A stretch of 64,000 nucleotides of DNA from an uncultured Thermoplasmata archaeon. Its GTDB lineage: Archaea; Thermoplasmatota; Thermoplasmata; UBA10834. The DNA lies in the NCBI GenBank assembly GCA_963719945.1, contig CAVRDX010000002.1:1-64000 (forward strand), in the 5' to 3' direction. Below, in pieces: positions 1 to 10,496 of the stretch. Below the pieces are notes generated by a model. That model was not told where the DNA came from and searched no databases. It saw nothing but the letters and a program-made list of their open reading frames with translations. The first letter of the stretch is position 1. Every line of letters starts with the position of its first letter. The position numbers were made by a program, and so were the translations under genes.

Positions 1-96
1 CATTACTTGAATACTGAGTCCAGTACTCGGGACTTCCAAATGATTATTAACTAGGATTGAGGTTTCTGGCGGGGAGGGAATCATACGGCGCGGATT

Positions 97-669
97 TTGA
101 CCAATGACGATATTCCAGTGAATACAGTGATTGTCTGTCCGGAGTGCGGAGCGAGTAATTCTCGAGAAGACAGCTTCTGCGGCGAATGTGGCGGAAGTCT
201 CGTTGAGACCAAGCGCGTGATTCTGAGGAGACTCTCAGGCCATCCTGAGCACCAGACAACAGGAGTGAACGGAGTAACAGCTGCTCGCAATGGGAAAAAG
301 TGTCATGAGTGCGGAAAATTCAATCCCGAGAGAAACAGGTTCTGTAATGAATGCGGCAATAAGTTGCGCGGAGGTGGTGGTCGTCGTTCTCACTATCAGG
401 AGCAGTCAGCCCCGACGATATTCCACCTCGAACAAGTCTCTGCGATGGGAGGTGTGATCCTCATCTTTGCGGTTCTGATTCTAGTTGCAGCATGGGTTTG
501 GCAGGAGAGCGCGCAGAGTCAATTGGAACATCTCGAGTACCCATATGACGTTTCACACGCGGAAAATCTAGCCGACTCTGCAAGGAATGCAGGAAGACTC
601 TGGAATCTGGGCGTCATACTTGTACCAATTGGGGCGATATTGACCGCTTTCGCTGAGGTACGGAAATAG
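97..669 (+). CDS. Double zinc-ribbon membrane protein
   Basis: Two CxxCG...FCxxCG pairs followed by two hydrophobic helices. Confidence 0.75.
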   Translation: MTNDDIPVNTVIVCPECGASNSREDSFCGECGGSLVETKRVILRRLSGHPEHQTTGVNGVTAARNGKKCHECGKFNPERNRFCNECGNKLRGGGGRRSHYQEQSAPTIFHLEQVSAMGGVILIFAVLILVAAWVWQESAQSQLEHLEYPYDVSHAENLADSARNAGRLWNLGVILVPIGAILTAFAEVRK

Positions 670-1099
670 TAAAGGCTCGATCTTGGCCGGAGGTTCTTGT
701 ACCGAGCTAAGCTACTTCCTTGTCTCTTTCCGTCTCCAACCGCATAGCTGCGATCTCTCATGTCGCTGGTGAATCGAGGGAATTTACGCTCACTATTTGA
801 CTGGTTCGATTTCAATTAGCGCGGTTTGTAAAGCAATATAGACCTATTCTGGGCATTCATTCTCTCCCTATGCTCTTTCAAAGGACACCTGCTGTCATTT
901 GGCATTTCGCGCCCGTTGGCGGTTGTCTTGCCTCTCCGATCGCCTTGACATAATAATGAAGGTTCTGCGAATCTTTATATTCATCAATGGCCATTCTATT
1001 GCCGTCGTGAACGAGTCAGTCCCCCCAAGCTCATACCTTGTTGCATAGCCACAGTTTCAGCTATGCTCTTTCAATGATGAATAGGTCTGCTGATCGAAT

Positions 1100-1817
1100 A
1101 TGAAGAATCAATACTTTGGAGACTTGAATGATTATCTAAAGTACAGCCTACTGAGATTGCTGGGTGGCAATGGGCTACTGGAGATTGCGATATGCTGGGC
1201 ATTGACCGAGGATGATGGCAGTCTAAATGGAAAGCGGATTAAGTACCTTGAGCAACCAGATGCCTGGGGAAGGCACGATGCGGCAATATTCCGGCTCTTG
1301 AGAGATGAGGTGCTGCACAGAGGGAACAGGCGTGTATCTGCAATCGAGCAGGCTAATGTGCTCAAGAACTGCAGATACTTCAGGAAGATTATGAATGATG
1401 AAGCGAGTTCACGCGAGTTGTATTTCGAAGAGTTTTTCAGATTCGCTGAAGGAGCGGATTTCGTCTTCTTCGACCCTGATAATGGACTTAACGTCAAGTC
1501 TGTGCCTCGGGGAAAGAAGGGATCTTCGAAGTACGTTCTATCAGGAGGAGATTGAGACAGCGTACAACTCAGGACACTCCATACTTCTCTATCAGCATTT
1601 TCCGAGGCAACCGCGTGATTCCTTCATACATGGAATGGTGATGCGACTCAGGGATTTGAATGGCATGACTCGAGTCATATCATACAACAGTTCCCATGTG
1701 GTTTTCCTCCTGCTGCCACAACCTCACCATGAAAAACTGCTCCTCTCGAATACAAGAGCGGTTGCTCAGAGTTGGGGCAATCGCATAAGAATCGGCAACC
1801 ATTCGATACTAGATTGA
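1100..1817 (+). pseudogene. Frameshifted RlmJ/N6-adenine methyltransferase-like hypothetical protein
   Basis: ORFs 1100-1555 and 1395-1817 join into ...SKYVYQEEIET... if one extra T near 1536-1537 is removed. It has an N-terminal QYFGDxxDxxK motif and an FFDPDNG motif resembling motif IV (DPPY). Confidence 0.5.
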
Positions 1818-1849
1818 GTCGCCTGATTCCGGCAATCTAGCGCAGGCTC

Positions 1850-2521
1850 CTAAGTCTTCGGCCAGATTCGTTCCAGTACCCTTACATTTATTGGGTCATT
1901 GTACTTTTCCCGTATAGCTATCATACGGTGGACGGATACTACCACATCAAGAACGTTGGACACACGATCTTCCACGCAGAGTTCCTTTGTAATCGGAGAG
2001 TTGTGTTCAGAAATGCTTAGAAATGACTCACGCCCTCGAGGACGAGGATAATCTGCCAATGTGCTACCTGAGTTGAAACTGCATAGTGTAATGCGGTCGG
2101 TGTATTGTTTTACGAGCGCATCTGTGTCAATGACAATAGCCAATTGAGGTGAGTTCCTGTACTCCTTTGCGTCCATGAATTTTTCTAAATCTTCCCATTT
2201 CACCCAGAAGAAGACTTTTCCATTGATAAGCCGGTACCATTCATTGGTGCTCATTCCATTTGTCAGTGTTGGTGCAAGGCTGTGTGGTGGCATTGGTTTC
2301 TGGTCGCGTAGAATAGCATTAGGAAGCCCATCTCGATGAATCGGCACCTTGTTTTCCCGCCATTCCGATTCCAATTCGTCCCGAGCTGGTCCTTGATAAT
2401 CATACAGAGTCAAGAGAGTCGAAGTGCTTAGTAAGCCATTGCTGACAATACTTGGCCAGCTTCCGTCTTCTGCCATATGAAACATCGAAGGATAATCCTC
2501 AATGAGCTTTGATAACTGCAT
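1850..2521 (-). CDS. DarT-like ADP-ribosyltransferase-fold protein (DUF7002-like)
   Basis: FHM...SI...GLLS, a central VFFW and a C-terminal KELCV glutamate parallel the DarT YH...GLLS/FYF/E motifs. Likely ATG at 2521, 7 nt after the upstream stop. Confidence 0.6.
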   Translation of the reverse strand: MQLSKLIEDYPSMFHMAEDGSWPSIVSNGLLSTSTLLTLYDYQGPARDELESEWRENKVPIHRDGLPNAILRDQKPMPPHSLAPTLTNGMSTNEWYRLINGKVFFWVKWEDLEKFMDAKEYRNSPQLAIVIDTDALVKQYTDRITLCSFNSGSTLADYPRPRGRESFLSISEHNSPITKELCVEDRVSNVLDVVVSVHRMIAIREKYNDPINVRVLERIWPKT

Positions 2522-2528
2522 CAGGAGT

Positions 2529-4142
2529 TCACCACGTTCTTCTATCAATAACACTTCTCTGATTGAACCCTGTGGTAATCAGTGACACTGGCGCGCCTGC
2601 AACTCTCTCAACTTCGAGAACAAGGTTTATTGTATCTTCGGTGAGTTGCTCGAATCGCATTGCATTTCTGTTCTCTTTTCCAATATAGTCTGCGAAGGTA
2701 AGTGCGATATCAGTCGGCCCATTAAGTAGAGAGGCACGACGAAGCAAGTCCCACTCGAACTCGCCAAGTCGGCGCTGTTTTCGAGTAGTAGATGTCTTCT
2801 CATTATTCATCAGTTCCTCGACACTAATTCCTGACCTCTTGCTAAGTTCTTCGTAGGTAATCTCGTGGAGAGGACCAGAGCTGGCATTTTGTGGATTCTG
2901 AACTCTAATGGGATACGTGCGACAAACCATGACGACCCTGCGAACTCGGTTCTGAGCAATTCCCGCTTCCGAGAGACATCCCATGACTGTGGTATCTCTT
3001 GAGGTTACATGTGGGTAGTTTCCGTGATATAGGCTAAGCCCTGTTCCCTGGGTTCCCTCAAGTAGTATTCTATCACCCTGTGAGAACGATTTTCTCAACA
3101 CTTCCTGGGTATCCCCCATGTATGGCTTGAGTTCCGGCACATTCTTCACCAGAGTCATCCCATCATCCTTTCTCTCCATTATTCTCCTTGCTGTTGCAGA
3201 TCCAACCCCCTGTCCAGTGGATCCAATGCAGGCAACCAGGTCTTTCTCCGCATCAATATCTGCATCAGTAATCACAGCTGCATGATGATCTATTGTCAGT
3301 CTATCTGCTTCCACATGACACTCAGCTATTTCCTCCAATAGTTTTGAGACCCTCAGAACAGCTCCAGGCCCGATTAATAGCCTAGCATGACTTCTCTGGG
3401 TGCCTGATGGAAGTTGATGATGAATGTACGTACCACCGTCGCGAAACACAGAATGCCCTGCATTTGGTCCGCCTACTCGTATCAATAGATCGTACTCGCG
3501 GGAGAGGTAATCTGCAATCTGCCCCTTTCCTTCGCTCCCATACTGGCCACCAATCACAACATCGACATAGCCTAGTTCTCGTCCGTTCCAGATGCGCGGA
3601 TGACTGGTCGTCCTCGTCAGCACGTCGGAAGTCGTGCATCGTTGTGTATTGACTACAATGTCGGCAGAAGATGACAGAGCTTCGACCTGTTGCTCAGTTG
3701 CATTCTTCTTCACTTCCGAGTACTCATAATCATTTCCGGGATTGAGCGATCGCCTTTTATTGAACCGCGATTCAAGTTCTTCAGGGGGAGCGGTCAAGTG
3801 GACGTGAATGACTCTTGCCCCGAACGCGTCTCGAATTGCGGCGATTTGGTCAAGCCTTCTGACCGAGTCTATTACAGCGTAAGTAATCTCCTTCTTGGAA
3901 CTCAGCCACTCAACAAATTCCCCACCCACCCATCTTCCATTGGTTTCCTTATCGAGTCGATCTCCCTCCGCCTGGAGCGCAAGCCTATCCTTGTCAAGGG
4001 CTGGACCAATATTTCTGGCCAGAATTTCCTTGGTCTTGAATACATGCATGCCGTACTGTTCCTCCAAATCCACAGCAAGGGTCGATTTACCTGATGAAAT
4101 GGGTCCAGAAAGCAAGATGATTCTTTCCACCATCGAAATCAT
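2529..4142 (-). CDS. purZ: Fusion of a P-loop nucleotide monophosphate kinase and a PurZ0-like adenylosuccinate-synthetase homologue
   Basis: N-terminal GPISSGKST and VIDSVR. C-terminal GGQYGSEGKG (Ser at the PurA catalytic Asp position), GGPNAGH, GSTGQG, EGTQG, RTYPIRV, TTTRKQRR and TFAD. Confidence 0.8.
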   Translation of the reverse strand: MISMVERIILLSGPISSGKSTLAVDLEEQYGMHVFKTKEILARNIGPALDKDRLALQAEGDRLDKETNGRWVGGEFVEWLSSKKEITYAVIDSVRRLDQIAAIRDAFGARVIHVHLTAPPEELESRFNKRRSLNPGNDYEYSEVKKNATEQQVEALSSSADIVVNTQRCTTSDVLTRTTSHPRIWNGRELGYVDVVIGGQYGSEGKGQIADYLSREYDLLIRVGGPNAGHSVFRDGGTYIHHQLPSGTQRSHARLLIGPGAVLRVSKLLEEIAECHVEADRLTIDHHAAVITDADIDAEKDLVACIGSTGQGVGSATARRIMERKDDGMTLVKNVPELKPYMGDTQEVLRKSFSQGDRILLEGTQGTGLSLYHGNYPHVTSRDTTVMGCLSEAGIAQNRVRRVVMVCRTYPIRVQNPQNASSGPLHEITYEELSKRSGISVEELMNNEKTSTTRKQRRLGEFEWDLLRRASLLNGPTDIALTFADYIGKENRNAMRFEQLTEDTINLVLEVERVAGAPVSLITTGFNQRSVIDRRTW

Positions 4143-4157
4143 CTCACAGAATATTCG

Positions 4158-5540
4158 TCAGAAAGATCCGATATGACCGAGAGATGTATCATTCACCAAA
4201 CCATTTTCACAAGGCGTCTCTGATCCAGGAAGTACATATATCGTCACACGATTGCCTCTTCTCACAACTGTATCGTCGATTAGCTCCGCGATGTAACTCC
4301 AATTTCCTCCGGCATATCCTGTTCCGATTCGAGGGATATGAATGCTCGCAGCACGACTCTGAGCGTATTCCGAAAGCTGTTCCAGGCAGTCCCTCAGTTT
4401 GGCATACCTTATCCGGGGCGATGTAGATGGGCCGAAACCATGTTGACAGACCATGCTAAAGATGCACAGATCCGATGAGATTTCGGACACTCGCGTTCTT
4501 CCGAGAGAGAGATTTCCAGGATCATTTGTCGCCCACTTCTTAAAGTCTGATTGGACTGAAGGATACTTGTTGGCGACAGCCTTGGCAAAACCCGCACCCC
4601 AATTTGGAGTCGTATCGTTGACAACTTGAGCTATAATCCGTGGTCCTTGTCCTCTTGGCTCCAGAGCATTGCCACGAATGGTGATTATGAAGGGAGCCTC
4701 TACGGAATCTGGGTCGGCTAGGCTAGCGATGCCCACTACTCTCGGGAATTTGCACCCGGGATAAGGAGGAATCCCTATGCATTCCCAATATATATTAGGA
4801 AAATCCTCTGAAACGTATTCGCTACCTTTTGCCGTATATCCAACAGCAGTACATTGCGAGAGAATCTGGCTTGGGATTTCAAAACCGCGAGGTATTCGAA
4901 TTTCGCTAGTCCTCGATGGTTGAGCATAATCAACTCGATATACGTGAGCTTTCTCATCATCTCTCGTTCTTGCAGCTACTATGACGGTGAATGGCGATCT
5001 AGATACCTTCGCCAATCTGATTGCCAGTGCTTCCATAGAAACTGTCGAATTGAGACTGAAGGTTGAGCATAGATTCCGCGGTGACTTTAGCAGTCGAATC
5101 GAGGTGATGACTAGTGGGCATCAAAATCTCCGCTGCTGCAATATCACATAGCATCTCGAGTTGCCAATCATCTGTTGAGGCTTGATGAACCTTACCTCTG
5201 TTTCTAGCCACCTCTTGGCAGTCCGGGAAGAGTGTATGAGCTATTTCATGTGCAAGAGAAAATCGAATCCGTCGCCTTGATTGATTTGGATTGAACTCTA
5301 TCTGCACTCCAGATTCGCTGGACACCACTCTTGCGTCCAACACATCTTCCTGCGATTAGATCGGAATCCCGAGATGTTTTGCCAACCCAAACGGATCAAA
5401 TGGTGGGCCCGTCCATCCGCCTGAACTGCTTCGAGGACCAGATCCTTAGTCTTCTTGGTGATGAGTGCCACAGGATCATTATCACCTGCAAACTTCGTCA
5501 CACTGTGATTGGTCCAACCTACCTGCTGAGTTTCCACCAT
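4158..5540 (-). pseudogene. ImmA/IrrE metallopeptidase - macrodomain (DarG/TARG1-like) fusion, interrupted; macro part 4158-5036 is open
   Basis: RFSLAHEIAH (HExxH) and ExxCD. Macro motifs VVN...WGAGFAKAV and IHIPRIGTGYAGGNW. Frameshifts near 5418 and 5043, plus an in-frame TAA at about 5356-5358. Confidence 0.7.
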
Positions 5541-5649
5541 GATCCCCCAGAGTGAATGACGTCTTGAAGCTTAAATCCCTTTGGGGGGGGTTCGCTGAAG
5601 ATAGTCTGAATTCACTGGGAGAATGAAGATTGAGCTGGCATTATCCGAC

Positions 5650-5904
5650 TCATAGTACTTCGAATCGGTCAACGCCGTCGATCATCGCCATCGTTCCGCC
5701 TCTGTCCCACTCCACCCAGTATCTCTTCATGCCTACTAGGTTCATGAGCTCCGGACTGCTTTCGATGTCAGCTGCGCACACCTCGCCGATTAACACGATG
5801 GTCCCTTCATCCCCTGGCACGAGCCCCGACGGGTCCTCCATGCGCAACAGCCGGACTCTGTCCCCCACGTCAAGAGCCTTGTGCGAAGTGCCGCTGCTCA
5901 CCAT
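5650..5904 (-). CDS. DUF4314-like small protein
   Basis: GDRVRLLRMEDP..VPGDEGT...VEWDRG...GVDRF pattern. Confidence 0.65.
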   Translation of the reverse strand: MVSSGTSHKALDVGDRVRLLRMEDPSGLVPGDEGTIVLIGEVCAADIESSPELMNLVGMKRYWVEWDRGGTMAMIDGVDRFEVL

Positions 5905-5923
5905 CTCCCCTCCTTGTTCTCCG

Positions 5924-6211
5924 TCACCATTCCCCCAATTCCCTCCTCCCCAGCTTCCTCGCCTTCTGTATCACTCCATGCGGTATCTGCTCGACCCAAG
6001 TTCCATCGGAATCCTTGTCAAAGCATATCTCTGAGGCGATTGTGATGTAATGCGGGCTATTCTTCAGCACCAAGCCATATGCCACTGTCGGGGACGGATC
6101 CTCTAGATCATCGAGCTCCTCATGAGTGAGTCTATCCGTTGAGTGAGTATCAAACCACTCAATCTCGACGATATCTCCCTTAACGAGTCTTTTCGTGTTC
6201 GTAGGCATCAC
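5924..6211 (-). CDS. Small beta-barrel hypothetical protein of a kind common in viruses and mobile elements
   Basis: VEIEWxD...YGLV...ITIA...IPxGVI pattern; in an operon with the DUF4314 gene. Confidence 0.55.
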   Translation of the reverse strand: MMPTNTKRLVKGDIVEIEWFDTHSTDRLTHEELDDLEDPSPTVAYGLVLKNSPHYITIASEICFDKDSDGTWVEQIPHGVIQKARKLGRRELGEW

Positions 6212-6308
6212 CGCAACCGATTGAGGAGAATACAGAGATTGCGCAGGATATGAACATGCTGGCCTACTCGCATATGGTAGTTGGCTAATCGTCCGTTTGG
6301 TCGCAACT

Positions 6309-6326
6309 GACTACCATGTGGTAGTG
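6309..6326. promoter_or_regulatory. Palindromic operator GACTACCATGTGGTAGT
   Basis: 17/18 match to the reverse complement of the palindrome at 21567-21584; weaker copy at 6265-6282. Confidence 0.5.
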
Positions 6327-6537
6327 GTCATCGCTTGCAGGAATGCCATCTCATTCTTATTTCTCAATTGGATGAATATTCTTCTAGATGGTGACGATTT
6401 TCATGTGATGAATGAGTATCCAATCAGTGCAATAATATGTGAACTGATGTGTAATCTCGAGTTGGAGTCTAATTGACGCATCACGATGCGCATTATGCAA
6501 GCATCACATTCCTTGTCAAGATTGAATTCGTCATTGG

Positions 6538-6807
6538 CTACCGTTGCTTGGACAATGCTTTCGGATCGCGATCGGGGGCGGTGAATGTAATATGCCCCTT
6601 AGATAGCGTAAGATAGCCAATCTCCTGCAGGAAGGTCACATCCTCCTCCATATCCTTCGCTTTGCGCTTGATGCTCGTAATCGACCGGGAAATGCTTGTG
6701 ACGGGAGTCTGCAGCTTCCGGGCTATCTGCATGACGCTCTCCCCTTCCCTCAGATGCCTGAGGATCTCCCTCTCACGCTCGGTTAGGACTCCCATCTTGA
6801 CTACCAT
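6538..6807 (-). CDS. LuxR/sigma70-region-4-type HTH regulator
   Basis: LTEREREIL...G.S..QIA..L.....SI. Confidence 0.75.
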   Translation of the reverse strand: MVVKMGVLTEREREILRHLREGESVMQIARKLQTPVTSISRSITSIKRKAKDMEEDVTFLQEIGYLTLSKGHITFTAPDRDPKALSKQR

Positions 6808-6816
6808 GTGCTAGTA
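6799..6816. promoter_or_regulatory. Palindromic operator copy overlapping the HTH start codon
   Basis: GACTACCATGTGCTAGTA, 16/18 match. Confidence 0.45.
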
Positions 6817-6933
6817 GACGCGATTGGCGTTATGTGCATTATCAGCGCATGTGTCACACTTAACGCATTTGCGTTACATTCATTAATCCGAACCGCTATG
6901 CCACACCCGTCGGCTGTGTCCGATCGAGGAGAC

Positions 6934-7737
6934 GTGGTTTGTCTGAAAGGAATCATAATTGCTCTTACAATGGCGTCGGTGATGGTCCTTGGATGCCTTA
7001 GCACTCCAGGAGTTGCAGCAAATGAACAGGCCGTGAATTTCACGATAGAAGACGATGAACTCCAGTTCTCGGCTTCCATGTCAGTATCGATGGAATGGGA
7101 TAGCGACCTGACTGTTGGAGATGGACAGGTTGCATTCATAGCGTACAGTCCAACGCCAGCCTTGGGATCTGCATCCGTGTTGATTCCGCTCAGTCAACTC
7201 TACGATTACTTTCTGATTGAGCTCGATGATGAGGTAATAGATATCCCTCTGCCAGAGACACCTATCGGAGAAGTGAGCATATCGCTCACCCAGGCGGCTA
7301 CTGGTGTGCCATCGAGCCTGGCGTCTGTAGATATCATCATCCAGGCAGCACTCAGCGTGTCCAGCATCAGCTGTACTTCGGGTAGCGAGGATGTGTTGAC
7401 TCAGGCCTCTGATCTCAGGTGGACCACCTGGAGCGAGAAGAGCATCTCGGTGGATATGACGGATGAGAGCGATGCAACCGTCACGACCGTGTTTCAGTAC
7501 GCCATATCAATCGGGGTGGTCGTGACAGCGTTGGATGACCTACTGGAGATAGAACTGATACCACAGACGGATATCGCAGGGGTCACAGGATCGCCGTCGA
7601 TCCAGACACAGATATCTGTAGATCAGGACCTGCTGTCCCAGTATTTGATTCCCCTTGTGATCATAGGAATCATCGTTGTAGTGGCAGTGACAGTAGCGTT
7701 GTTGGTCAAGAAGAAGAGGGGAAAGAAGACGGCATAG
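6934..7737 (+). CDS. Secreted protein with a C-terminal membrane anchor
   Basis: GTG start after GAGGA; signal peptide, acidic body, TM helix plus KKKRGKK tail. Confidence 0.7.
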   Translation: MVCLKGIIIALTMASVMVLGCLSTPGVAANEQAVNFTIEDDELQFSASMSVSMEWDSDLTVGDGQVAFIAYSPTPALGSASVLIPLSQLYDYFLIELDDEVIDIPLPETPIGEVSISLTQAATGVPSSLASVDIIIQAALSVSSISCTSGSEDVLTQASDLRWTTWSEKSISVDMTDESDATVTTVFQYAISIGVVVTALDDLLEIELIPQTDIAGVTGSPSIQTQISVDQDLLSQYLIPLVIIGIIVVVAVTVALLVKKKRGKKTA

Positions 7738-7917
7738 CTGACGGATGCGATGAGAAACCAGAGTGCAGGCTGGAACACTTGCGCAGATTCTTTCGGGAGG
7801 GAATGGGTCTGTTGCGACTACCTGTAGTCATCATTCCCCGATTGCAATGGACAACCTGAGCCGTGGATAAAACGGGATGAATGGCTCATTCTCAATCAGC
7901 GGGAACTGAGCTCGGAT

Positions 7918-8388
7918 CTAAACCCTTTTCTCTTTCTTGACGTTTTCCTGTAGCTCACGAATTGCGACCCACATATCTCTGAGTTCCATGGCTAGTCCAG
8001 AACTGATCGGGCCGTCGCACTCCGCAGCATCGCTGGCGCGGAGCTGCTGCCAGTAAAGAGCGTTTGCTGGATCTTTCTTATCACTTTCAAGTCTAGCCAG
8101 ATCCTTCGCCTTTTGCTCCTTCTCCAACATCTCCTTAAGCACAACCTCATGCGCCGGCATGGGTTTACCGCACGCTATGCAGAACTCGTTGTTAGTGTAG
8201 GTCATTTGAGGCCTCAAGTTCTTGAATCCGCATAATGGGCAAATCTTGTCATTTGTTGTCTGGCGGCTCCCAATTGGAGTCGTTACGGCAGCACCGCATC
8301 GTCGGCAAAACCTCGCCCCAGGTACAAGATTCTCGTCGCACTTTGGACAATTCCAGCTCGCAATCTCCATGACCATTCCTCTGGACAC
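7918..8388 (-). CDS. Double zinc-ribbon protein
   Basis: CPKC...FCRRCG and CPLCG...FCIACG. Confidence 0.7.
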   Translation of the reverse strand: MSRGMVMEIASWNCPKCDENLVPGARFCRRCGAAVTTPIGSRQTTNDKICPLCGFKNLRPQMTYTNNEFCIACGKPMPAHEVVLKEMLEKEQKAKDLARLESDKKDPANALYWQQLRASDAAECDGPISSGLAMELRDMWVAIRELQENVKKEKRV

Positions 8389-8606
8389 GAATCGCTCTCG
8401 ATGGTTTAAGGTCTTCTACTCGTCCTAAGGATTCTTCCCGGAACGCATCCTATCGACTTTGAAATTTGATGTATAGTCCCTGTCAATTGAATTTGGTGTC
8501 TTGATTAAAGGGCAATCTTCTCATCCTTTTGGCCAGTGGATACCAATCCGAATTCTCCTTTCGCTTCAATAATGCTATATCCTTTCAACTCAATAATCAG
8601 CTCGCG

Positions 8607-8750
8607 ATGGCTGCCCTCCCCATATGTCTTAGATGCAAACATCCGATCGAACAGCTGGCATCCGATGAGTATTACTGCTCTCGATGCAAACGACAGCATG
8701 GCAATCGCAAGAAACGAGAGAGATACTGGCAGGACAATGAAATGGATTGA
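8607..8750 (+). CDS. Possible small zinc-finger protein
   Basis: 47 aa, CLRC...CSRC. Confidence 0.3.
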   Translation: MAALPICLRCKHPIEQLASDEYYCSRCKRQHGNRKKRERYWQDNEMD

Positions 8751-8830
8751 TGAGGTGCGTAATCTGCGGATGAAACTGAATGCCAATACTCCTTCGATGA
8801 GGTGATGCTATTATTCTGCAAGAATCCTCA

Positions 8831-10496
8831 TCACTCCCAATCTGAATCGATGATGGGATATGTACGGGTCCATCGTAGTGTGACTATCTCCTGTATTCTG
8901 GCCAACATCATCTCGATAGGAGATTTTGGTTCGTATGTTCTATGTTCAATTTGAGACGATATTCTCTTGCATGTAATGTCTGCAAGCTTCCTTCCGAACT
9001 CCGGTTTAGAGATTCTCAGAGCAGCAAGTTCCCATGCCATTTCCTGCGCGCATTGTGAGATTTTTAATCCCTCGTCTAGATATTTCTGCAATTCATCAAT
9101 GGTGAATTCATGCTCAATGCCTTCGCTCTCAGAAATCGTATTCAGCGCCTCAATGATTTCTCTATGGGACCAGTTGTCTCCCTCAAATTCATCCTGCCAT
9201 AACATGCAGTTCTCAAGCTCAACCAATCCTTGTCTCGCCAGATCTTTGATTCTGAGCTCTGAATCGTTCTCCTTATCCACAACGATGAACGCTACCCCAT
9301 TCTCATCTCGGATTCTCATCAGTATCTTGCCCCACTTAGTGACGTCGATTGAGGAACCATTCAGACATTCAAGTCTGATTCTACGAGAATCCAAGCGAAT
9401 GCCCATGGCATCTGCAATCATAGGTATTGAAACAGCCTCTGTCTCTCCCTCACACAAGAGATTCGCTATCGGCATCGGATTGAGCCCATATTCTGATAGA
9501 ATATTTGCGAGCACTCTCGTGTCTCTATAATCCACCTCCTTATGATATCTCTTGAGTTTCCATAATCCCTTCCGCCCGTCAAGCAACGTCATCCGGATGA
9601 CGGAGATCTTCTGCACCGATATCATGAAGGGCGAATTTCAGGATATATGCCATATCATACAATTCTTGTGCAAGGAGTGCGCGATTCTTCAATTTCCCCA
9701 ACATATCTCTTCTTGCGTGTCTTATAAGCACATACCAATATCTGAGGGGATCAATATCTGTTGCTATTCTTGAGAGTCGGATATATTCTGCAGAGAGTTG
9801 TTCCTTTTCGAAGCCGAATCTGAGACAGGTTTCTGGAACATCTAGCGATTTGCACCAATCAAGCCATGATAAATACTCCGGTTTATGCGATTCTATTCTT
9901 GAACATCTAAAGCGGTGACGAATTCTGGGTAGATAGCAATCCCCCAATACCATAAGGAGCCCCTGGAGTCTCAAATCACGATTCATCAGTTTGAGAGAAG
10001 CCGATTCTGCCAGTCTCTGTTCTGATACAAGGCGATTCTTCCAGAGTTTGAAACCCTCCTCTGAAATGAGTGTGCTTCGTCGAAAATAGACTGAGAAACG
10101 CGTATGCAATTCAAACACTTGCAGTTCTTGAAATGGGTGATAAAGGGTGATCTTCTTTGATTCTCCAGATTCATCGATATACTCAGACCATGGCAGATGA
10201 CTCTCAGGAGTTGGATATTCAAGCTTTTCCTGCCTGTCGTACTCTCTAAGGTCTCTATGTTCAGTTGAGTATGGCCAGTATGGACTATCGTCTTCGTCAG
10301 GTTCTTCTTTGCGAATAGGGGATAATCGCAGAATTGGATGTAGGTAGCCCTCTTTCTCCCAGGATTCCAAATCCTCCAAGGCAATTCCAACACCTCGTTT
10401 TCTCATCCGATCCACAAGTTCATTGGCAGTCAGAACACTCTCTTGAGGAAAATCTTGATTGATGAATATCTTGCCTAGAATGAATTCATTAGTCAT
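8831..10496 (-). pseudogene. Frameshifted protein with a C-terminal OLD-type TOPRIM domain
   Basis: Removing one extra base near 9588 gives ...HPDDLLDGRK.... TOPRIM motifs LLCEGETE, VVDKEND and EFE. Confidence 0.6.

Noticed and set aside
2529-4142. Housekeeping purA
   Set aside because: The catalytic Asp is replaced by Ser, PurZ-type RTYPIRV is present, it has a kinase fusion, and it lies in an island.
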